Part shown: positions 25,954 through 36,900 of the stretch, piece by piece
Layout of the letters: the number at the start of each line of letters is the position of its first letter
Numbering within the stretch: the stretch's first letter is position 1
DNA from: Comamonadaceae bacterium
Lineage (GTDB): Bacteria > Pseudomonadota > Gammaproteobacteria > Burkholderiales > Burkholderiaceae_C
Direction of reading: 5' to 3'
Assembly: GCA_023259355.1 (NCBI GenBank)
Contig: JAHFQI010000002.1
Coordinates: 1-61,479, forward strand
Length of the DNA stretch: 61,479 bases
The notes under the pieces: model-generated
The model's database searches: none
Told to the model about the DNA's origin: nothing
Seen by the model: only the letters and a program-made list of their open reading frames with translations
Translations under genes and position numbers: made by a program

Positions 25954-27930
25954 ATGCAAGTCACGCGCACCCGTGAAACCAAGAACTACGCCGACGGTGG
26001 GCTGATCCAGACGGTCAAGGAAAAGCTCTTTGGCCCGTCCGGACCGCCCGAGACGATCACCCAGAAGTACGCGCGGCAGGACGCCGAGCGCGCAGCCAAG
26101 ACCCCGGCCGCCGCTGCAATGGCTGCACCGGCACCCGCGCCACAACGCAATGCGATTAGCGACTACGCAAGCGGCATGCAGTCGACGATGCAGCGGCGCG
26201 AGGCGGCGGCGGGCCTGAAGGACGGTGGCACGGTGAAGGCCAAGCCGATCAAGGGCGCGGGCACGGGCACCAGCGACTCGATTGCGCGCAACATGCGCCC
26301 GGGCTCCTTTGTCATGCCGGCCGACTCCACCAAGAAGATGGCGGTCCCGGTCAAGGTGAGCAACGGAGAAAGCGAGTTCACGCCCGAGCAGGTGCATGCC
26401 ATCGGCGCGAAGGTGCTCGATATGGTCAAGGGCAGCACGCACAAGCCGGCGGCCAAGAAGTCCAACAGCCGCGCGGCGCGCCAGTTGGCCGATGGCGGCG
26501 AGGTTCCGCTGGACTCCCAGGCGGCCAGCGATCGCAAGAGGGTAGGCAGCGCGGTTGCCACCTTGTCGGACATGAACACCCGAGCCGGCGCTGCAATTGC
26601 CGATGTGGGCACGATGCCGCTGCGCGGTCTGGCAGGAGCCTACGACACCGCCGTGGTGCGCCCGATGCGCGCGGCCGGCATCAACGCTGCGTACACCAGC
26701 CCGATGGTCAGCCCCGCCGGCGCCGATCCGGCATCGCAGACCCCGTTCTACGACCAGATCAGGGCCCGCGACGCCGTGGGCGCCGGACGCGGCACGGTCA
26801 ATCCCCCTGTGGTGAACCCGATGGCCGCCATGCCCAGCGTGCAGCCGACCACTTCAGCGGCTGGCGCAGGACGCGGATCGGTCAACCCGGCCCCCGCCGC
26901 GATCAACCAGCCTGCCGGTGCAGGCCGCGGCTTCGTCAACCCAACCCCCGTCGACCCGAACGGCCCAGCCCCGAGTTGGAACCCCAACACCACAGTCACC
27001 CTGGGCGGGCAGGCCGGTGCCGCAGTGCAGGGTGCGCCCGGTGTTTCCAAGTTCACGACCGCTGACGGCCGCACGTTGTACTCCAACGTCACCGGCAATG
27101 ACAACAACGTGCTGATGTCCAGCAGGCCCGGCGTGCAGACCATTCCGGCGGCAGCCCCCACGGGTGGCGCATCGCCCGCCGCGGCCGCGATGAGCGCGGG
27201 CTATGACCAGCCCGGGGTGATGAGCAACGGCGGCGGCATGCGGGTGATCGGCGGGCCCAGCGCGGGCTTTTTCCGCACCGCCAATGGCGGCGGCATTGCC
27301 GAGACCCCCAGCCTGAGTACGCTGGGCAACAAGGACATCAGCGCGCGCGAATTGGCACGGCTGAACAACGCCAGCGGCATCGCCGCTGGCCACGACGCGA
27401 CCCTGATGGCCGATGCCCAGGGCCGCGCCGCGGCCCAGCTGGCGGGCCAGCAGATTTCAGCGGATGCGCAGCGCTACGGCACGGACAGCAACGCCAAGAC
27501 CGCGGCGCAGCGCCTGGCCATGGATGCCGGCGTGCACTCGCAAGATGCCCCGTTGAAGGCCAGCCAGGTGAAGCTGGCCCAGCAGACCGACACGGCGCGC
27601 GCCGCCGTTCTTGCGGCCAAGACGCCCGAGGCCAAGGCCGCAGCCGAGGAAACCCTGCGCACCCTGCAGGGCAAGAGCGAGGTCGCGGAGCTGTATTCGA
27701 CCACCGTGGTTCCCGGCGTCGTGGACGCGCTGGGCAACAAATCTCCGAGCACCATCGTTGTCACCGACAGGCGCACCGGCAAACCAGTTTCCTACAGCGC
27801 CGAAGGCCGGCCATTGGCAGACCAACCTGCAGCTGGCGCGCCCAAGGTCTCCACCAAGGCCGACTTCGACAAGCTCGCGCCCGGCACCACGTACACCGGC
27901 GCCGACGGCAAAACCTACCGGAAGCCGTGA
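25954..27930 (+). CDS. Putative internal virion/ejection protein (658 aa) with three AGAGRGxVNP repeats
   Basis: GGAGGACCCGCC lies upstream of ATG 25954. Low-complexity Ala/Gly/Pro regions. Directly precedes the giant gene. Confidence 0.55.
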   Translation: MQVTRTRETKNYADGGLIQTVKEKLFGPSGPPETITQKYARQDAERAAKTPAAAAMAAPAPAPQRNAISDYASGMQSTMQRREAAAGLKDGGTVKAKPIKGAGTGTSDSIARNMRPGSFVMPADSTKKMAVPVKVSNGESEFTPEQVHAIGAKVLDMVKGSTHKPAAKKSNSRAARQLADGGEVPLDSQAASDRKRVGSAVATLSDMNTRAGAAIADVGTMPLRGLAGAYDTAVVRPMRAAGINAAYTSPMVSPAGADPASQTPFYDQIRARDAVGAGRGTVNPPVVNPMAAMPSVQPTTSAAGAGRGSVNPAPAAINQPAGAGRGFVNPTPVDPNGPAPSWNPNTTVTLGGQAGAAVQGAPGVSKFTTADGRTLYSNVTGNDNNVLMSSRPGVQTIPAAAPTGGASPAAAAMSAGYDQPGVMSNGGGMRVIGGPSAGFFRTANGGGIAETPSLSTLGNKDISARELARLNNASGIAAGHDATLMADAQGRAAAQLAGQQISADAQRYGTDSNAKTAAQRLAMDAGVHSQDAPLKASQVKLAQQTDTARAAVLAAKTPEAKAAAEETLRTLQGKSEVAELYSTTVVPGVVDALGNKSPSTIVVTDRRTGKPVSYSAEGRPLADQPAAGAPKVSTKADFDKLAPGTTYTGADGKTYRKP

Positions 27931-30900
27931 TGGCAAAAGACCAATTCGGCGGCATCGAGGTTTCCGGCAACACCGACCAGTTCGGTGGCACCTTGGTAGA
28001 GGACGCGCCCAGGCCCGAGACCAGCACCGCGGCGCGCGTGATGAGCGACCTGGGCAAGTCGCTCAAGAGCGGTGTGCTGCAGCTGCCCGGGCAGATCGCC
28101 GGGCTGGCCGATGTGGCCCCCGCGCTTGCGGTGGGCGCGCGGCCCTTTACTCGCGCAGCCGACGCGCTGGGCGACATGACCGGGTTCCAGCCGGGCAAGT
28201 GGGCCAAGGAGATCCAGTATTCGCCCGAGGCGCAGGCCTCGCAGGCCGAGATCGATAAGACCTGGGACGACCCGAGCGCCGGCGCGGCCGATGTCGCGGG
28301 CGCGTACCTGCGCAACCCGGCCTACACCGCCAACCAGGTGGCGCAGTCGGTTCCCGGCATGGTGGCCGGCGGCGTCGCATCGCGCTTGATCATGGGCGCG
28401 GGCGCTGTCGCCCCGGTGGTGGAAAAGGGCATCGCAGCCGTTCCCGGCTACCTCGAGCGCGTGGTGGGCTCCAAGATGGCCGCGCCGATCGCCGGCGGCA
28501 TCGGCGAGGGAGCCCAACAGACCGGCCAGCAGATGGATCAGGGCTCCGAGCTGCCCGACCAGCAAAAGAACGCGGCGGCCGCGCTGGCCTCTGGCGTCAT
28601 CGACGCTGGCATCGGTGCAGGGCTGGGCCGTGCGGCGAACGCGCTGGGCCTGGAGACCGTCGAGACCATCATGGCCAAGGGCCTGAAGTACGACCAGGCC
28701 GCCAAGCCCCTGAAGCTGGGCGCGCGCACGGCCGGCGGCGCCACCGGCGAGGCTGCGCAGGAAGTGCTGCAAAGCGGGCAGGAACAGGCGTGGCAGAACT
28801 TTGCCGAGGACAAACCGCTGGGCGAGGGCGTCGCGCGCCAAGCCGTCGAGGGCGGCTTGACCGGTGGCGTCATGGGCGGCGCTGCCAACGTCATGGGCGC
28901 GCACCAAGCGCCTGCGCCCGCGCCTGCACCGGCGCCCGCGGTTGCGATCGACCCCAACGCGGGCCCGATCTCGCGCGCGGCCTCGATGCTGGCGCTGCCC
29001 GCTCCGGTGACCCCCGCGAATTGGGAGCTGGTCGACGATCGGGTCCTGCCTGCGCCGCCGACTCTGCCGGCTGGCGCAGCACCGGAACCGGCGCCAGTCG
29101 CGCTACTGCCGGCCCCTGATCCGGACGAGCAGACCATCATGGTGGGCAGTCGCGGCGACGCCGCACCCATGCCCAGCGCCGTGCGCACCGAGGCCCAGAA
29201 CCGGGCGGTCGAGGCCCAGATCGCTGACGAACGGGCCGCGAGCGTGCAGGCCGACGACATCGTGGGTGAGCAGGGCAGGCCCTTCAAGACCCGCATCGCC
29301 GCGCAAGCCGCAGCCAAGCGCGCCGGCGCAGGTTACGCGCCCACCCAGATCAACGGCGGCTTCGTGGCGCGGCCGACCAGCGATGTCACGGATGTCGCAG
29401 CCAAGACCGAGATCGACACGGCCGCGCACGCGGCGGCGACCAGCCCGCACAACGATCTGCCTGAGCCCACCGACGGGCAGAAGGAGGCCGGCAACTACCA
29501 GAAGGGCCACGTGCAGCTGCACGGCCTGAACATCACGGTGGAGAACCCGCGCGGATCCGAGCGCACCGGCAAGCGCCCCGATGGCTCGCAGTGGTCCCAC
29601 ACCATGAGCGACCACTACGGCTACATCAAGCGCACGGTGGGCGCCGACGACGAGCAGGTCGACGTTTACCTGGGTCCGGACTCGCACAACGCCGAGCGCC
29701 AGGTCTACGTGATCGACCAGCTGCACCAGGACACGGGCAAGTTCGACGAGCACAAGGCCATGCTGGGCTACCGGGACGAGGCCAGCGCCATCGAGGCCTA
29801 CAAATCCAACTTCGATGCGGGCTGGAAGGTCGGCCCGGTCACGCCGATGCCGATCGGCGCCTTCAAGGAGTGGCTGAAAGATGGCAACACCAAGGCCCAA
29901 GCGGCCAAAGCCGCCCCGTCCCCCGCGATTGACCAGGGCGCAGCTGCTGGAGGCCAAGCGGCGGGGAGTGACGCCGCAGGGAATGGCGTACCTGTCGATC
30001 ATGTCGCGCCCGTTCAACTCGCACCGGAACTGAGCAATGGCCAAGACGCATCACCAGCAGCCCCGGTCCAAGAGGTCAAAGCCCCGGGAACTGAAACGCC
30101 AACGGCAACGCGAGGCGATGCGGCCGGAACCGCCGCAGCCGCAACCGGAGGCGGAACCGGGGACTTGGAAGCGGCTGGGGTAAGGCCCCTGACGCTGGGC
30201 ATCACGCCTAACGCGGCCGATCCGGTGACCGTGAAGGACGGCATTGTGCACATCGGCAAGGACGCGGCGCAGAACTTCGACAGCGGCGAGCTGATCCGCG
30301 TGCCCGAGGGTGCTACCGACGCGCAGATCAAGAAGGCGCTGACCGATGGCGGGGCAGTCTCGCGCCGGCAGAAGTTCTACGGCGGGGCGAAGGAAGAAGC
30401 GTCCACGCCGGCCGAGCAAGCCAACACCACTGCCGCCGCCGGGCCCGAAACGGCCGAAGCGGGAACCGGGGAAACTCCAGCTCCTGGCAAGAGTGAAGCC
30501 CCGCCGGAAGCGCCGGAGAACAAGCCGCGCGGGCAGGATTCGCTGCTGCAGTTCCCGGTGGGCACGCATGTTCGTATCGTGAGTTGGAACAAGGTAGGCA
30601 GCGAGAATGGTCTGTACGCGGGCCGCATTGGCACCGTCACGAAGGGCCACTTCGACGGTTGGTACATCAAGCTGGACCCGAAGCCGCGCGAGCGCACGAA
30701 AAAAGAGATCCTGGTGCTGCAGTCAAACGGGCTGGAGCGCATCGAGACTGAAACCGCCTCCACCGATCCTGCAACGGCTGTACCAACGCCGACGACGCCA
30801 GCGCGCCCGGCCACTTGGCGCACCAACTTCATCGCTGCGGCCAAGGTAGCGCGTGAGCTGGGCATTGACCCCAAGGGCAAGAAGCTGGCGGCCCTGGTGG

Positions 30901-33900
30901 CCGCCATCGACGCGAAGGACGCCGAAGTCGGAACGAAACAGCCCGAAAGCGGAGCAGCACCGGCCAAAGTTGAAACGCCGGCCGCGCAGCAGGAGCAGCC
31001 GACCAAGAACGTGCTTCAACAGGCCCGCGAAAAAGCCAAGGTCAAGGCTGAGGCAGAAAAGAAGGCGGCCGCGCAGGCCAAGGCCGATGCGCGCGAGGCC
31101 GAGCGCACCCTGTTCAATTCGCTGGCCGCGCGCACCGACCTGGATGGAAAGCCGGTCGAGGACGTACTGGCAGCGGTACAGGCCGGCATCCAGGCCGCCG
31201 GTGTGACCGTCGACGGGTTGAAAGTGCAGCGCCTGGCCCGCGCCATCCACAAGCAGCTGGCCAAGACGTCCGCAGCGCGCGCCAAGGAGCAGCACCGTAT
31301 TCCGGCCGTGCGCGCGGCCGCACTCGGCGCCGCCGTGACCGAGGCATACCCGGACGCGGAGATACCGCCGGAGCAGCACGGCGCGTTCATCAGCGGGTTC
31401 GATCACGCGATGGCCGGCCGCACCAAGAGCACGCTCTCGGGCGATCACCTGGCCGACATGCAGCGCGGCTACGAGGCCGCCATGAAGTGGCGCAAGACCG
31501 AAGAGGGCGCCGCATGGTACGAAGGCCGCCCGGTCAACAAGTTGCAGAACACCGGCATTGATCTGCGCCGCCACTGGGAGTTGATGCGCGAGCAGATGAA
31601 GGCCGGCGAGTCCGACATCAAGCGCGCCTGGGCGCAGATCGAGCGGGCCACCACGCGCGCCGACCTGTTCGCGCCACTGCTGCCCGAAGGGGTGAGCCCC
31701 GGGTTCCGGCTCTACGTCGAGGCCGTGCGCAAGGATCTGCGCACCTTCAAGGACTGGCTGGTGACGAAGCACGTTGCCTCCAGGAACTGGAGCGGCGAAT
31801 ACTTCCGCGGCATGGTGGCGCCGATCGACAAGGTTGTTGAGGGCAGCATTTGGCCCGACGTCGAAGGTGTGGACTCCAGCCAGTTCATCGACGATGAGGC
31901 ATACCGCGCCGAATGGCTGCGCAAGGCGGCCGACCAGTACCTGAACAAGGTGCGCGAGTTCCTGTCGTTCTTGGCCGGCAAGTCGTCCGTGCTGGAAGCC
32001 GCGCAGGCCTTCGATGAGAAGTTCGTCGACAAGGAATTTGTCGCCCGTCATCCCAATGGTGTCGGCTACAAGATGGCGCCGGAGGCGCTGAACGAGTACG
32101 GCAAGAAGCACGCGGGCGAGTCCTACTACTCCAAGGGCGGCGAGCTGTGGGACAGCAGGCCCGGCGATCTGGTGCAGCTGCGCAGCACGTCCGAATGGAC
32201 CAAGGAACTGGTGGACAAGGAAGCCACGATCGCGCTCCCCACCAAGGCCACGCCGCTGACGCCGCCGCGGCTCGATCGCGTCACGCGCGAGGGCATGACC
32301 GACCAGCGCAAGGGCGAAAACGTCACGCCCCAGCAGTTCAAGGAAACCTTCGGGCTGGCCGACGTCGGGTTCGGCAAGTGGGTTGGCTCCAAGCAGGACC
32401 AGGACCACCTGAATTACGCCTTCGACGCGCTGATGGATCTGGCCAACCACTTCGGCACCGCGCCGAAGAACCTGGGATTCGGCGGCCAGCTGCACCTGAC
32501 GATCGGCGCGCTGGGCCACGGCAAGTTCGCCGCGCACTTCCAGGCGGCCCACCCCAGCCCGGAAGGCACGGTCCAGGTCATCAACCTGACCAACACCCGG
32601 GGCGACGGCACCGTGTATCACGAATGGACCCACGGGCTGGACCACAACCTGGGCGGTCAGTGGAAAGAGGTTCGCCGCCGGGTGCTGCGCTACCTTACCC
32701 GATCGCTCGATGGCCAGGAGCAGATTGACGCCAATGCGGCCCGGTTTCTCACCGGCGGCTGGTACTGGAAGGGTGACAAGCGCGCCTCCAAGGCCGACGC
32801 CGCGCGGCGCACGCTTCAGCGCGACGGCGACGGCAAGAACACCACCGCCTACAAGCAGAACGCCGACAAGCTGGGCGAGGATTACTGGGGCAACGAGGCC
32901 GAGCTGATCGCTCGCGCGGCCGAGGCCTGGGCTGCCGACACTCTGGGCGGCACCGACACCTATCTGGTCAATCCGGCCTGGGTCGGGGACGGCGCGGTGA
33001 CGAAAGAAAAGGGCTACCGCGGCACCCCGTACCCCAGCGGCACCGAGCGCAAGAACATGGGCGAGGTATTCACCGCCCTGGCCAAGGCGATCAAGTGGAA
33101 AGATGGGCGGCCGACGGTCGCCCTGGCCGACTTCGAAGCGGCGCTGCCGGAGCACTTCAGCGCGGGCAAGAACCGGGTCAAGGAACTGCTGCAGCCCGGA
33201 GCCATGGAAGCCTTGGAGCAAGAGCTCCTGGCCAAGGAAGCCGCCGACAAGGCTGCTTTTGAGCAGGCGAACGCCGACAAGGCGCGGCGCGAGCAGGAGG
33301 AAATCGACAAGCTGGCCGAGCAGCAGATCAACGACCTGCAGCCGATCGTGGATCCGGCCACGCCGGCCGAGACCATGGGGCCGCTCAGCGATGGCGACCT
33401 GAGCGACATTTTCGACCAGGCGGCCGCCGAGTTGCGCGAAGAGGGCGCCGAGAAGCCCGACCAGCCGGCGCCGGGCGTGCACGCCGAGGAACTTCCGGCC
33501 GAGCAGGACTATGCGGCCGAGCGAGCCGACAAGGACAAGCCATCGGCGCGCGACCTCGCCTTCATCCGGGATCGAGTAGCCAACGGCTCGCCGGTGCTGC
33601 TGCCTGGAACCGCATGGGCTCATCACAACGGATTCCCGACCATCCAAAGCATGCAGTCGATCGAGGGCGCCAGCGTGCGCCACGTCGGCTATGGCATGTT
33701 CGAAGTCACCGGGCGGGACCTCCAGGGCACCTTCGACGCGGGCGGCGCGATGCAGCAAGCCCCGGACGGCACCCCTTACACGATCTTCAGCAAGCGCGGC
33801 GGCACCTGGGAGTATCCGAAGGCGCGGCTGCTGGAAGTGCTGGACAAGGCGATCGGAAAAGCCGAACCAACCACTCCCAATCGCGCCGCATCGCCGACCA

Positions 33901-36900
33901 AGGAACAGTCCGAGCAGTACGCCAAGGAAGACGCCCAGCAAAAGACCGCCGCGCAGCTCATTGCCGACGCCGCGAAGCTGGGCGTCAACGGAGCCGACGA
34001 AGCCCTCAAGGGCCTGTCGGCCCTGTTCGGCGGCAAGCCCGGCCGGCTCAATTCCTTCGGCGCTGGGTTCGATGAAGAGACCTACCAGGCTGCCAAACCG
34101 CACTTCGAGGCCGCGCTCAAGGCCTTCCAGGCATCAGGCAAGTCGCTCAAGGATCTGTTCAAGATGCTGATCCAGCGGTTCGGCGACGGCATCAAGGAAT
34201 ACGCGATCCGCTTCGCCAAGGACCAGAACCTCACGACCCACCTGGGTGCGCAGGCGCAGGACGCGCCGCTGTCGCCGGCCGCCACGATCGCGCGCACGGT
34301 GGCCAAGCGCCTGGAGACCGGCGCCGGATTCGACTGGAAGATGCTCTTCGCCCTTGCCGATTCGGCCTTTGGCGGCACCCAGGCCGAGGGCAAGTACAGC
34401 GTGCAGGACGCCTACGACGCGCTGGAGCTGGGCATGAACCAGTATCTGCGCACGATGCAGGGCCGCGCCTACAACCCGGCCGTGGACGCCGATGCAGCTG
34501 GACAAACCGTGGCGGCGCTGGAGCGCGTGACGCAGCTGCTGCCCACGCAGACCAAGCGCACCAAGGAAAAGGACCAGTACCAGCAGTTCTCCACGGTGCC
34601 GGCCTTCGCCTTCGTGGCCAACTGGGCGGCCAACATCCAGCCGGGCGACGTGATGATGGAGCCGTCTGCTGGCATCGGTGGCCTGGCGGTGTTCGCCAAG
34701 AACGCCGGGGCCCGTCTGATCCTCAATGAGCTGTCCAGCAGCCGCGCCGCGGTGCTGCAAGAGATCTTCCCTGGCGAGAAAATCTACACCGAGAACGCCG
34801 AGCAGATCGACAACATCCTGCCTGAGAGCGAAGTGCCGACCGTGGTGGTGATGAACCCGCCGTTCTCCAACAGCGCCGCGACCGGGGTGAACAAGAAAAC
34901 CGCGATCGGCGCGCAGCACGTCGAGCAGGCCCTGGCCCGGCTCGCCCCTGGCGGGCGACTGGTGGCGATCGTCGGTGAGGGAATGGAGCGCGGCAAGCCG
35001 ACCTTCGCGGCCTGGTGGAAGAAGATCGACGCGGCCTACGACGTGCGCGCCGTGATCCCGGTGGACGGCGCCGGCTATGCCAAGTACGGAACCACCTTCA
35101 ACAATGCCCTGCTGGTGATCGACAAGGTAGCCCCTTCGGGCCGCAATGTTGTAACCGGGAAGGCTTCGAACTACACTGAGCTCATCCCGCTCCTGGGAGC
35201 CATTCGCAATGAACGCCCCGCATCAACCATCGCAGCAGACGGTCGTGGAGAACTTGAACAGCACTTCGCTGAGCAGGAACATTCTGGCCCTGTTCGCCAA
35301 GGCGAAGCAGAGACCGGAGCCGGGACTGGCCCTGGTGGCGCTGATCTTGTGGGTGAAGGACAACCCGCAGGGAAGAGACCCGGCGTGGGTGGAGGCGGTG
35401 GCCGACGCGGCGATTCAGGCCGAAGCGGACGACCCGGAAGCAACGTACCAGAATCTGGCCCACCCGGATCTGGAGAGCGCGCAGAGCCTGGAGGAAGCGG
35501 TCCCGCTGGTAATGAGCCTGGCGCGGGAGTTCGTGACACCGCCAGCGGAGTAACGCTCGGCACCGAAACGGTCGGCCCGCAGGCGCTGACCGAATCCATC
35601 TTCGAAAACTACCAGCCGCAGCGGCTGCAGGTGCCCGGCGCCAAGGCGCACCCGGGCGCCCTGGTGCAGTCCGCGGCGATGGCCTCGGTGCTGCCACCCA
35701 AGCCGGTGTACGTGCCCAACCTGCCGGCCAAGACGATCACCGAGGGCGCGCTGTCGATCGCGCAGATCGAGGCGGTGGTCTACGCCGGCCAAGCGCACGC
35801 CGAACTGCTGGAACGCACCCCCGAAGGCGTGCAACCGCGCCGCGGCTTCTTCATCGGGGATGGCACCGGAGTGGGCAAGGGCCGCGAGATCGGCGGCATC
35901 ATCCTGGACAACATCCGTCAGGGCCGCAAGAAGCACGTGTGGATCTCCGAGAAGCAGGGACTGCTCAATGACGCGGCCCGCGATTTCGCTGGCGTGCTGG
36001 GAACCACGGCAGATTCGGTCCTCAAGAGCGGGCAACTGTTCAACCTGAGCAAGCGCACGCAGCCCGGGACGTGGAAGGTAACGGCCGAGGACGGCATCCT
36101 CTTTACTACCTACTCGACCCTGCGCTCGGCGCAGAAGTTCGGCCAGTTCGACGCTGGGGATCCGGTCGACCTGAAAGACGGAAGTAGCGGCACGCTGAAA
36201 TCCATCGCCAAGAGCAAACGCACCATCAGCGTGATTCTTGAGGGACAGAGCAAGGCCGTGACCATCCAGTTCGCCGCGGTGGACTCGATCGGCGGCGATG
36301 CGGCGTGGGAGCGCAACCTTGGCAATAAGCCGCCCGCCGGTTGGAAGCCGCGCACGCGCATGGAGCAGATCAAGGAATGGCTGGGCCCGGATTTCGACGG
36401 CGTAATCGCCTTCGATGAGGCGCACAACGCCGGCAACGCGGTGGCGATCAAGGGCGAGCGCGGCTTTACCGACCCGTCCGCGCAGGCGCTGGCGGTGGTG
36501 GAGCTGCAAAAGCAGTTGCCCAATGCCCGGGTGGTGTACGTGTCGGCCACCGGTGCAACCCAGGTGTCCAACCTGTCCTTTGCGACCCGCTTGGGGCTGT
36601 GGGGACCTGGCACTCCGTTCGCGGCGGTGCACCACTTCATCGCGCAGATGACCGCGGGCGGCCTGGCCACCATGGAATTGGTGGCGCGCGACATGAAGCA
36701 GATGGGCGCCTACCTCGCGCGCTCGCTGTCCTACGACGGAGTGACCTACTCGCGCGTGGAGCACGAACTGACCGAGGTGCAGCGCGAGATCTACGATCGG
36801 CTGGCGCAAGCGTGGCAGGTGGTCCTCAAGAACATGAACGTGGCCCTGGAGATCACCAAGGGCGGCAAGGACGGCAAGGCCAAGGGCGCGGCCCGATCGG

